This document shows, piece after piece, positions 50,580-59,842 of a DNA stretch of 64,000 bases. Made by a program: the position numbers and the translations under genes. The stretch's first letter is position 1. Each line of letters opens with the position of its first letter. A model generated the notes under the pieces. It saw only the letters and a list, made by a program, of their open reading frames with translations. It was not told where the DNA came from and made no database searches. Origin of the DNA: Candidatus Poribacteria bacterium (GTDB taxonomy: Bacteria > Poribacteria > WGA-4E > PCPOR2b); assembly GCA_022826645.1 (NCBI GenBank), contig JAJDUM010000063.1:11657-75656 (forward strand), in the 5' to 3' direction.

Positions 50580-51545
50580 ATGCCCCAAGTTAGATTCTTT
50601 ACTTTTCTATCTCCAGAAATAACGCCCCTCCTTACCCAATATGCCCCACCCGGTTTTGAGGTCAGCGTACACAGGAGCGATCTACCAGATGAGGAGAAAG
50701 TCTCGCTCGTACAGGATGCGGACTTTCTGATTCTCTTTCCCGGCCAAATTTCAGAACGGGTCCTACGATCCGCTCCGCGCCTCAAGCTAATTCAGTTAGT
50801 CGCTGCGGGCTATGATAGCATGGACGTGAGCCTGTGCAAGGCGCTTGGCATTCCTGTTGCCAACAATGGGGGCACAAATTCCATTGATGTCGCAGAGCAT
50901 ACTATCGGCCTCATACTCGGATTTTATCGCCGTCTGATAGCGTTAGATCGCAATGTCCGGGGGGATCGATGGCGTGATATTGACACAGGATCGTCGACAT
51001 ACACTATCAACGGAGAGACGGTCGGAATTGTAGGGCTTGGGAACATCGGAAGGCGCGTCGCCCACCTGTTGCGTGCCTTTGGGGCGCGCCTCCTCTACTA
51101 TGATCAGTATCCACCTGCACCGAACATAGAATCCGAACTTGGTGTAACCCGCATGGCACTGGAAGATCTGCTTCGAGAAGCAGACATTGTGACGGTGCAT
51201 CTGCCTCTTACACACGAAACCCGTGGTATTATCGGCAGGCATGAGCTTTCTTTGCTGAAACCCACAGCCGTACTCGTCAATACTTGTCGGGGTCCCGTTG
51301 TAGACGAAGTTGCCTTGACAGAAGTCTTGAGCGAAGAGCGCATCCTCGGAGCCGCCCTTGATGTTTTGGAGCAAGAACCACCGGTCCCGGACAATCCCCT
51401 GCTGAAGTTGGATAATGTGCTCCTCACGCCGCACGTCGCGGGTGTAACCTACGATACGTGGACACGAAGGGGCGAATTTGTGTTCCAGAATCTTCAGCGG
51501 GTATGGGCAGGCGAGCCGCCATTGGCGATCGTGCGGGAAGAGTAA
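50580..51545 (+). CDS. D-isomer-specific 2-hydroxyacid dehydrogenase
   Basis: NAD-binding GIVGLGNIGRRVA, catalytic R/E/H arrangement (NTCRG, LDV); TTG 50574 alternative start. Confidence 0.85.
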   Translation: MPQVRFFTFLSPEITPLLTQYAPPGFEVSVHRSDLPDEEKVSLVQDADFLILFPGQISERVLRSAPRLKLIQLVAAGYDSMDVSLCKALGIPVANNGGTNSIDVAEHTIGLILGFYRRLIALDRNVRGDRWRDIDTGSSTYTINGETVGIVGLGNIGRRVAHLLRAFGARLLYYDQYPPAPNIESELGVTRMALEDLLREADIVTVHLPLTHETRGIIGRHELSLLKPTAVLVNTCRGPVVDEVALTEVLSEERILGAALDVLEQEPPVPDNPLLKLDNVLLTPHVAGVTYDTWTRRGEFVFQNLQRVWAGEPPLAIVREE

Positions 51546-51645
51546 TGGCGGCAGGCGAATCCTACGATCTTGACACTATTAGAACACCAGCAGCTGTCAG
51601 TTGGGGTAGCGTCTAAAAGAAACAAATCCATTATCGGGAGCCGAT

Positions 51646-53037
51646 ATGAATCAAAAAAACCCATATTTACAGATGGATCAACAGATGGTTGGCGACATTT
51701 ATACATCGCAGGAGGTGATGGACAACCTCACCGTGTTGTGCGACGACTTCGGATCACGGTTCGCAGGTACGCCAGACGAGCGCAGGGCTGCAGATTTTAT
51801 CTGCGAGACTCTTAACCGTTACGGTCTCAAAGATGCTCGATTGGAGTCATATTCCTACGCAGGGTGGTCACGAGGTACAGCAACGTTGGAAGTCGTCGAG
51901 CCGATCCAAAGGTCGCTTCACTGTATCTCGCTGCCCTACTGTCCTGCTGACGACACTACAGCAGAATTGATCTCCGTCGGTTACGGCAGCCCTGCAGAGT
52001 ACGAGGGCTTAGGTGATGCGATGAAAGGTCGAATCGTAATGGCAGGCAGCGCGTCGCCCCCTGACTTAGGACGATGGGTGCATCGCAAGGAAAAATATGA
52101 ACGATCTGTCTTGGGCGGTGCCAGTGCCTTCATTTTTATCAGCGAAAGCCCCGGCGTCGGACCCGAAACGGGAAGCCTACAGAACGACCAACCTGCCCCG
52201 ATTCCAGGCATCTCGATATGTAAAGAGGATGGTGAATTTCTGACGCGGTTGATGGAGCGGAAGGGCACGGTTAAACTACGTCTTAATACAACCGATGTCA
52301 ACGAGCCCCGCACCTCGTGGAACGTCGTTGCCGATCTGCCGGGAAAGGAGAACTCCGAAGAGATGGTAATTCTGGGTTGTCATTATGACGGTCATGACAT
52401 CTCACAGGGGGCTGTCGATCCGGCGTCGGGTATGGTACTCGTTATCGAGGCTGCACGCGTACTTGCTTTATATGCCGGTGAGCAGCTCAAGCGAACGGTT
52501 CGATTTGTCGGCTTCGGTACCGAGGAAATTGGCTTAACCGGTGCATTTCGCTATGCGGACGCCCATGAAGGTGAACTGGATAACCTCCGCTTCATGTATA
52601 ATCTTGATGCGGCAGGCGGTGCGAGCCGAAAAGGTGTGGTGCTGCATCGTTGGCCAGATTTAGTACCGTTCTTCCAGGATACCGCTAAAGAGCTTGCAGC
52701 TAACGTACCTGTCGGTCAACAGCTGCATCCGTATTCCGATCACTTCCCCTTTGTCCTAAAAGGTGTTCCGACAGGCCACATGGGTGACGCCGAAGCCCCG
52801 CCTTCGGGCAGAGGTTACGGACACACGGCGTATGATACACTGGACAAAGTGGAGTTGGAAAACCTGCGAAAAGGGAGTGCGGTGGCGGCACGGCTGGCAT
52901 TGCGGATCGCCAATACTGATAACTTTCCCGCCCAACGCCGAAGTGCTGAAGCTGTTCAGACACTCCTCGACACGGATCCGGGCTTGGAAGGGTACCGCGT
53001 GTCGCTGGAGTTGCGGAAGGGGCATCAAACCTCGTAG
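51646..53037 (+). CDS. M28-family aminopeptidase with PA domain
   Basis: 463 aa; VILGCHYDGHD, FVGFGTEEIGLTGA, HTAYDT zinc-ligand motifs. Confidence 0.8.
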   Translation: MNQKNPYLQMDQQMVGDIYTSQEVMDNLTVLCDDFGSRFAGTPDERRAADFICETLNRYGLKDARLESYSYAGWSRGTATLEVVEPIQRSLHCISLPYCPADDTTAELISVGYGSPAEYEGLGDAMKGRIVMAGSASPPDLGRWVHRKEKYERSVLGGASAFIFISESPGVGPETGSLQNDQPAPIPGISICKEDGEFLTRLMERKGTVKLRLNTTDVNEPRTSWNVVADLPGKENSEEMVILGCHYDGHDISQGAVDPASGMVLVIEAARVLALYAGEQLKRTVRFVGFGTEEIGLTGAFRYADAHEGELDNLRFMYNLDAAGGASRKGVVLHRWPDLVPFFQDTAKELAANVPVGQQLHPYSDHFPFVLKGVPTGHMGDAEAPPSGRGYGHTAYDTLDKVELENLRKGSAVAARLALRIANTDNFPAQRRSAEAVQTLLDTDPGLEGYRVSLELRKGHQTS

Positions 53038-53060
53038 AAAAAATTACGAGTTGAAGCTAT

Positions 53061-54269
53061 TTAAGTCCGGTAGTCCGCGTTGATGCTAATATAATCGTAG
53101 GAATAGTCGCATGTCCACATGGTGACCGAGGCGTCGCCGGCATTCAGATCGACGGTAATCGTCACGGTGTCTTCGGAAAAGAGTTCTGTTGCCTTATCCT
53201 CATCAAACCCCGCGTCCATTCCATCCTTAACCAGTTGATAACCGCTGAGCCAGACATTCACCTGATACGGATCGAATTCCGCGCCCGATTTCCCAGCTGC
53301 CATCATAATGCGTCCCCAGTTTGCATCTGTCCCGAAAACAGCGGTCTTCACGAGCGGGGACTCTGCGATTGCGCGGGCTGCCATCTCCCCTTCCACTTCA
53401 TCCTTCGCACCGGTCACGACCACTTCGACCAGTTTTGTAGCGCCCTCTCCATCTCGTGCAATTTTCTTCGCCAGCTCAATGCACGCAAAATCTAACCCCT
53501 CACGGAATGCTTCGTAGGCATCGCCGGTTGTGTCGGAAATTTCTGGATTCCCTGCTGTGCCGGTTGCCATGATTAGCACTGTGTCGTTTGTACTGCTATC
53601 CGTATCAATCGTCATACGATTAAAGGATTTCGCGGCAGACTCGCGTAACGCTTGCTGTAGCGGCTCACTGGCAATGTTCACATCTGTCGCTAGAAAAGCG
53701 AGCATCGTGGCAAGATTCGGAGCAATCATTCCCGCCCCTTTCGTCATCCCACCAATCCTTGCGGTTTTCCCCCCAACTTCAAACTCCGCAGCGATCTCTT
53801 TCGGGACCGTATCCGTTGTCATGATTGCGAGGGCGGCATCATGTCCGCCATCTGGCTCCAAAGCTGGCGCAGCGAGACGGATGCCGTAACTGATTTTATC
53901 CATCGGCAGCTGCTGCCCGATGACTCCTGTCGAAGCCACCAATACGAGACTTGGGTCTATACCGAGCGATTCCCCCACCAACGAGGCCATCTGTCGTGCG
54001 TTCTTCATGCCAACCTCGCCGGTACATGCGTTGGCGTTCTTACTGTTCACGACAATTGCTTGTGCCCTACCATCACTTATATTTTCACGGCACACCAAAA
54101 CAACTGGCGCACAAACACGATTTTTCGTGAAGACACCCGCTGCAACTGCTGGTGCGTCTGCGGCTATCAGTGCGACATCCTTCTCGTTATCTGGTTTTAG
54201 CCCGGCGTGGATACCGGTCGCTTTCAAGCCCGGCACTGCCGTTATTCCGCCATCAATCTGTTTCATCAC
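53061..54269 (-). CDS. argJ: bifunctional glutamate N-acetyltransferase / amino-acid acetyltransferase ArgJ
   Basis: 402 aa; ATMLAFLATDVNI autoproteolysis site (T), GVTAPKGF-like N-term; GGAG SD 7 nt upstream of ATG 54269. Confidence 0.9.
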   Translation of the reverse strand: MMKQIDGGITAVPGLKATGIHAGLKPDNEKDVALIAADAPAVAAGVFTKNRVCAPVVLVCRENISDGRAQAIVVNSKNANACTGEVGMKNARQMASLVGESLGIDPSLVLVASTGVIGQQLPMDKISYGIRLAAPALEPDGGHDAALAIMTTDTVPKEIAAEFEVGGKTARIGGMTKGAGMIAPNLATMLAFLATDVNIASEPLQQALRESAAKSFNRMTIDTDSSTNDTVLIMATGTAGNPEISDTTGDAYEAFREGLDFACIELAKKIARDGEGATKLVEVVVTGAKDEVEGEMAARAIAESPLVKTAVFGTDANWGRIMMAAGKSGAEFDPYQVNVWLSGYQLVKDGMDAGFDEDKATELFSEDTVTITVDLNAGDASVTMWTCDYSYDYISINADYRT

Positions 54270-54429
54270 AGTTCTCCATTACGCAAATATTTGGTTTCCT
54301 TGTCCGCTCCTTATGCAGCCCGAATTAGTAGGTCAATTATAGCGAGTCATGGCGGAATTGTCAATTCTCAATTCTGGATGCCCCTTGTGAATCAGAAATC
54401 TAGCGATTAATGGCAAGCTCCATTTTCAA

Positions 54430-54458
54430 TTGTTTGCGAATAGCTTTAGTGGTATAAT
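54430..54458 (+). promoter_or_regulatory. candidate sigma70 promoter with extended -10 (TTGTTT-N17-TGgTATAAT)
   Basis: Perfect TATAAT at 54453-54458 with TG at -15/-14; ~100 nt upstream of cupin gene at 54563. Confidence 0.4.
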
Positions 54459-54562
54459 GCGCCTAAAATATGTAGGGCGCAATCAAGACCGCCTAATCAC
54501 GACAAGCGTTATAATACCCCCTGTGTTGAGTATCGGGAAGAGCTACCTCAATCATCAGGCAA

Positions 54563-55210
54563 ATGAGCAGATCAGAAACAGACCTCTACAAAAAATACAA
54601 ATCGGATACAGGATATACTCGAATTATTGAAAACGGCGAGCGGGGAATAACGGACATTGAGTTCGGTATCCTCAATCTTGAGGTTGGTGAATCTTTCTTT
54701 GAAGACACCGCAGATAACGAGGTTATGTTGGTTCTACTCGGAGGTCGGTGCGAACTGCTTGTTGGGCATAACGGGAATAAAGCCCACGGCCTCATTGGCG
54801 AGCGTGCAGATGTCTTTGGCGGCGAAGCATATCGTGCATCTATCCCCTATCGGACAACCTACGAGATTCTTGCGCACGACGAGCCTGTCGAGGTTGCCGT
54901 TTGTAAAGCCCCCTCTTTCCTCGAAACGGCAGCTGTCATCCTCGATCCGGGCGACGATTTCAACCGTGACGAACATGCGCTGCTCATCAATGAAACACCG
55001 ACTCACTCAATTTCTGGTGAAGCGATCTGTTTCTACCGTTTTGCGCCCCCGGAAGGGCACGCATCTCAACGTATCTACAGTGAGGCAGGTCCGTTTGAAC
55101 AGTCCGTGAAGGTCCGTCACAATAACGTACTCGTGCTGCCTAAAGGCTACCATGCCGACCTTGTGAGATCGCAGGCTCAGTTGTATTGTCTTCAGATTTG
55201 TCGCTTGTAA
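54563..55210 (+). CDS. cupin-fold protein (KduI/IolB-like sugar isomerase family, tentative)
   Basis: 215 aa; two beta-barrel halves; gestalt similarity to 5-deoxy-glucuronate isomerase/KduI. Confidence 0.45.
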   Translation: MSRSETDLYKKYKSDTGYTRIIENGERGITDIEFGILNLEVGESFFEDTADNEVMLVLLGGRCELLVGHNGNKAHGLIGERADVFGGEAYRASIPYRTTYEILAHDEPVEVAVCKAPSFLETAAVILDPGDDFNRDEHALLINETPTHSISGEAICFYRFAPPEGHASQRIYSEAGPFEQSVKVRHNNVLVLPKGYHADLVRSQAQLYCLQICRL

Positions 55211-55234
55211 TCCATAAAAGGAGATGAAGCAATT

Positions 55235-56002
55235 ATGGAGATTACCACAGCACAGATGAATCATTTTCAGGCACACGGGTTTTTCTTTATCCCTAATCCG
55301 TTTGGTGAAGAACGGATGCGCCAAATTGAGCGGATCGCTGCGGAAAATGTGGAGAAGTGGACGAGCACAGATTGGCCAGATGGACTCAATAAACTTGCCT
55401 GCCAATTTCTTATGGTAGGAGAGCCAATCCTCCAGATTGTGGAGCAACCACAACTCGTTGAAACCGCTAAATGCCTACTGGAATGTGATCAGGTGCATGT
55501 AGGGGCGTGCGGATTGGGTGATGCGCTAAAGGTTATCTCCGAAAGTCAAGGTACACCCCCGCAAGTTCATTGGCACGCCGATGGAGGTCCCGATGTGAAA
55601 CAGGTGTCGTTCCGGACGGGACTGGACCGACACGACCCGACGAATGCACCACTGCGTGTTTTGCCGGGCAGTCATCTGCGAGCTAAGGAAGAGGTTTGGG
55701 AAGAACTGTTACAGTTAGAAATCGCTACAGGACAACACAACCTCCCGCCGAAGGAACTTTACGCGAAGCACCCCACCGAGGTTGAAGTCCTCCTCGACCC
55801 ACGCTGGACATTGGTCTGGACGCCGAGCTGCTGGCATGCCACAGGCATAAAGACAGCTGCCGGTCCCCGCCGAGCGATGGGTTGGAACTACTTTCCCGCC
55901 GGAGGCAGAAAGCGTGATTCGGAGGCGTTGAAGTATATTTTTGCTGACAAATTGGATGACTGGAGTGACGAACGAAAACAACTCTGGGGACTGCTGGACT
56001 GA
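55235..56002 (+). CDS. PhyH family dioxygenase
   Basis: 255 aa; ITTAQMNHFQAHGFFFIPN N-terminus; VHWHADGG. Confidence 0.75.
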   Translation: MEITTAQMNHFQAHGFFFIPNPFGEERMRQIERIAAENVEKWTSTDWPDGLNKLACQFLMVGEPILQIVEQPQLVETAKCLLECDQVHVGACGLGDALKVISESQGTPPQVHWHADGGPDVKQVSFRTGLDRHDPTNAPLRVLPGSHLRAKEEVWEELLQLEIATGQHNLPPKELYAKHPTEVEVLLDPRWTLVWTPSCWHATGIKTAAGPRRAMGWNYFPAGGRKRDSEALKYIFADKLDDWSDERKQLWGLLD

Positions 56003-56112
56003 AACTGGATAACACCAGAATGGCGAGGATCAACATCGCCCGATTGTTTCCAAGTGACGTGCACCTCTGAAGCGATCTCTTGATGAGCAAGAACAAATTC
56101 CGCATAGAATTT

Positions 56113-57363
56113 TTATCGAGGTGAGTAGTGACGTGGGCTATTCCTGCCTCTGCTGGCACGAACATAGTTTCGCTTGTGATGTGATCGTGTCTTTTGTCGA
56201 GGCTTCGAATGGTTCTTCTGGAACTGGCTTTCTGGCACGAAACCACCATAATCAAAATCAGGTACCCGCCGCCGTTCGATTGGTGTCCCCAGCAGCTTTT
56301 CAATATCTCGTATCATCTGCTCATCTGCTTTTCCAGCAAGTGTGAATGCTTCACCAGATCGATGAGCGCGCCCGGTACGACCGATGCGGTGAGTGTAGGC
56401 ATCAACAGTATCGGGGATATCGAAGTTGATTACGTGTGATATTTCCGATACGTCTATGCCACGTGCAGCAACATCAGTAGCCACGAGAACGTCATATCTC
56501 CCATCGCGAAAGCCATTAATCGCTTGCTGTCGCTGATTCTGCGACATGTTACCTTGTAGTGCTGCCGCGTGATAACCACGCTTTTCCATCTTGCGTGCCA
56601 GATTACGAGCGCGAAACTTGGTGCGGGTAAAGATCAAGACGCGGCCGGTGGGTGTCTGTTGCAACATTGCCAACAGAAGATCTTCCTTCAGGCTATTGGG
56701 CACCGGATAGAGCGCGTGTGAAACGGTCTTCACTGGAGCAGTCTTACCTACTTGAACGGTGACCGGATCTTTGAGGATACTATCTGCCAATTTGCGGATC
56801 TCTTTTGGCATTGTGGCTGAGAAGAAAAGCGTCTGGCGTTCGGTCGGTAGCATCTTGAGGAGGCGACGAATATCGGGGAGGAAGCCCATATCGCACATGC
56901 GATCCGCTTCGTCCAACACCAACACCTCTACGTGTGATAGATCGATATCGCCGCCGTAAATGAGGTCGAGTAGGCGACCAGGACAGGCAATAACGATCTC
57001 TACGCCACTCCGCAGCCGCGAGACCTGAGAAACTTTGCTCACACCGCCGTAGACGGATACGCTGTTCACTCCGGTATTTTTGCCAAGGTCAAGACCCATC
57101 TGGTAAATCTGTTCCGCGAGTTCGCGCGTGGGGGCAACGATGAGGGCACGTACGCGACGGAGCGGGCCTTTGGTTAACCGCTGCAGAATAGGCAGCATGA
57201 AAGCTGCGGTTTTACCGGTGCCGGTATGGGCCAAACCCATCACATCGTGCCCTTCAAGCACCATGGGAATAGCTTGCTGCTGAATCGGGGTGGGTGTGTC
57301 GTAACTGGCTGCTTTAATTCGGGCGACGATGCGTTGATCGAAAGAAAATTGTTCAAAATTCAC
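56113..57363 (-). CDS. rhlE: DEAD-box ATP-dependent RNA helicase (RhlE-like)
   Basis: 416 aa; Q-motif, AHTGTGKT, DEAD (VLDEADRM), SAT, HRIGRTGR; basic C-terminal tail. Confidence 0.9.
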   Translation of the reverse strand: MNFEQFSFDQRIVARIKAASYDTPTPIQQQAIPMVLEGHDVMGLAHTGTGKTAAFMLPILQRLTKGPLRRVRALIVAPTRELAEQIYQMGLDLGKNTGVNSVSVYGGVSKVSQVSRLRSGVEIVIACPGRLLDLIYGGDIDLSHVEVLVLDEADRMCDMGFLPDIRRLLKMLPTERQTLFFSATMPKEIRKLADSILKDPVTVQVGKTAPVKTVSHALYPVPNSLKEDLLLAMLQQTPTGRVLIFTRTKFRARNLARKMEKRGYHAAALQGNMSQNQRQQAINGFRDGRYDVLVATDVAARGIDVSEISHVINFDIPDTVDAYTHRIGRTGRAHRSGEAFTLAGKADEQMIRDIEKLLGTPIERRRVPDFDYGGFVPESQFQKNHSKPRQKTRSHHKRNYVRASRGRNSPRHYSPR

Positions 57364-57454
57364 TGGAAGTACTCCTTCAGTCTGTTGAGCCGAGTTGCAC
57401 TCTCAGCTCGATAATGTTTTGCTAATTCCTTTGCTAACTATGCGGCAAATTGAT

Positions 57455-57468
57455 TGTTTGTACAAACA
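57455..57468. promoter_or_regulatory. perfect 14-bp palindrome TGTTTGTACAAACA upstream of rhlE
   Basis: ~95 bp upstream of rhlE start; followed at 57480-57498 by CTGACGTT direct repeats spaced 11 bp. Confidence 0.35.
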
Positions 57469-57988
57469 GGACCTTTTGGCTGACGTTGAACTGACGTTAT
57501 CACGACTCGCCAATCATTTTTTGATAGCGGCTAGGGCTTCAGAAGTGCCAATCTTTGCTAGGTGATTGAACTAATTCTGACGCACCTTGAGGCGATTTAG
57601 GACAGTCTCCTTGGTTTTTGGCGAGTAGCACGATGATTACATCGTTTCCTGAATTCGCGATGGTAAAATGTCAGCAAGTCCTAATGCCTTGACCGCTTTC
57701 TCGCAAACACGATATTCATTGATTCCCATTGTCAAAGCTGTCTCTCTAATGCTGGGTTCACGTTCGAGTCCTCTGGCGATTCGGGTTTCCATTTTCGTGA
57801 TGAATTGCCGTGTAGATCTGATGTACTCGAAAAGCCGCATCGTGCGGCTTTGCTGAGTCGATGCCTGTCGAATCCCTTGCCGGCTCCACCAATAAGAACA
57901 CCAACATGAATCGCTAAGTATTTGTTACCAACAGTCTTAGTGACATCTCCAAGATAAGCCACTGACATTTTATCTCCGTCTTTCGGGT

Positions 57989-58552
57989 TTACTCTGAATC
58001 ATCTTGAACTGCATTGGCAAGAGCGTCCTCGGTGACCTCAGAGATCTCCCTGCTGACAAGCATCGGTGCGGCATCAAGATCTTTCACTTCCATCATCGAG
58101 GCGACCCTTTGAAGGGAGGAAAGTAATGAGGTTTGTTCCCAATTCTCGAGTTTCTCGAATGCTTTCACGAAACGGTCATGGAGTAGCGATGGGGCATTCG
58201 CAAGTGCCTTTTTGCCCAAATCGGTAAGTTTTACAAGGACACGGCGCTTATCCTCGTCGTCGCGTCTCCGCTCTATCAAGCCGCGCTTTGAAAGCCGGTC
58301 CAGTATTCCGGTGACCGTTGCATTGCTAAGACTGACGTTTTCCGCCAGCTGACCCGCTGTTATATTCCCCGACCGTGAAATTTCACCTAGGGCGATAAGT
58401 TGAGGCGTGGTCAAGCCGTGATAGTACGCGAGATAACTCGAATGGAGATCGGTTGCCCGCATGATGCGTCTGAGTGCCATAAGCACTTCATCCTGTATGT
58501 CTGTTCGATCTAGAGCCATTGTGAGCCTTTCCCATAAAGAAAGAATAGGCAA
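57989..58552 (-). CDS. MarR-family transcriptional regulator
   Basis: 187 aa; wHTH TTPQLIALGEISRSGNITAGQLAENVSLSNATVTGILDRLSKRGLIERRRDDEDKRRVLVKLT. Confidence 0.85.
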   Translation of the reverse strand: MPILSLWERLTMALDRTDIQDEVLMALRRIMRATDLHSSYLAYYHGLTTPQLIALGEISRSGNITAGQLAENVSLSNATVTGILDRLSKRGLIERRRDDEDKRRVLVKLTDLGKKALANAPSLLHDRFVKAFEKLENWEQTSLLSSLQRVASMMEVKDLDAAPMLVSREISEVTEDALANAVQDDSE

Positions 58553-59842
58553 CGAAATTATACGGAGTAAAGATTTTGAGAGTTTTCACGTAAGGAGAGA
58601 TAAAGTCATCTGCTGGTAGCGGGAACATCTTCGGAGGTCTGGCGAAGCGAACCACAACTGGATCTAATTTGTCCACTTTCTTTTTGTGAGCAGGACTATG
58701 CGTAAATCTATCTACAAGTGTACATTCTCAAGATTTTGTTATTCATTTAGTATGCTAAATAATAACATGTGAAAATTCGTAAGTCAAGAAGAAGCATGAA
58801 TACTGCGAAGTTTGAATTGTTAGGGGGATATTACGGGAGAAGGTTTTGAAGGACATTAAGCGAAAAACATTAGCGTACAAAATACCTATTGTTCATAGAA
58901 ATTGGTTCGGCCACTCACGCCAAGCTTAGGCATGTGATCTTGGCCAGGCCCCTGAAATCTTCACAATAGAATTTAGGCGATCGAGAAAGGTTATTTCACA
59001 TGGGCATCCTGTCAGTTATAATCTCAGAAACAGGTTAAGAAGAGTATTGGGGGTTCGTATACGGAAAGGAATTAAGGGATTGAGATGCGAGGTTGAAGAA
59101 TTGTTCGACAATCCGTGCCATTCGGGTAACACCATGAAGTTTTCTGTTGACCCCAAATCGAAGCCATGATATAAAAAGTGACGAACAGTATCGGCGCCCA
59201 TTCACCACCTATCCCAGAACTCGGAACCGGGGGTCAAAGTCAAATTGTACAACTTGAAAAGTGATGTCGTACAGTGGGATTGGTTCTCGGACGAGCACGG
59301 ATCGCCCACTTATGCCTTTAGGCACCTACCATCGTTGAGTGAGTAGGCTGCCCGCGTTGCAGCATAAAGGATAGTGTAACCTCCAAGTCGTGAGACTGCG
59401 CTATCAGTTACATCGAAAGGAGCGCGTTGTGGACAAGCAGGTCATCGAGGATTGGTAGATGATTGATTATCGAGATGCACCACGGACGGACAGCGCCTAT
59501 GCCCGCTGGTTTTCAGACCATTAACAGGAGGTCGGTTCTTTGCATAAGGCTGGGAACGGTACTGGACACTGATTGACCGAAGCGCATTGGTTACTTCCCG
59601 GAGGATCTACCTCAAGCGGATGCGGTACAGATGGTAGGACACCAGCCGTGACAACGAAGTACTTGGTTGGGAGGTGGTCGGTCCGTTGGATAATTTCTAT
59701 CTCAATGAATTCCGCTACGGAATACAACAAAAAAATATCTGTCTCACTGGCATTTTGAACGCAGTAACCAATCTCTATGGCGGAAAGAGATCCTTCACAA
59801 AGCCTCAAGATGACATAGCCCAAGTGAGGAGAGAAAGATGTT

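Noticed and set aside
53030-53049. Inverted repeat CTCGTA-GAAAAAAT-TACGAG between convergent M28 peptidase and argJ as a bidirectional terminator
   Set aside because: The stem is AT-rich, only 6 bp, and overlaps the M28 stop codon. Too weak to call.
58553-59842. tmRNA, RNase P RNA, SRP RNA, cobalamin/TPP/glycine riboswitches in the long gene-free region
   Set aside because: Visual search found no GGUUCGAAUCC T-arm-like 3' end, no GGAAAGUCCGG or ACAGAACCCGGCUUA RNase P boxes, no AGGUCAGGUCCGGAAGGAAGCAGC SRP motif, no B12 box (GCCACTG) and no CTGAGA TPP stem. A computational Rfam scan is still needed.
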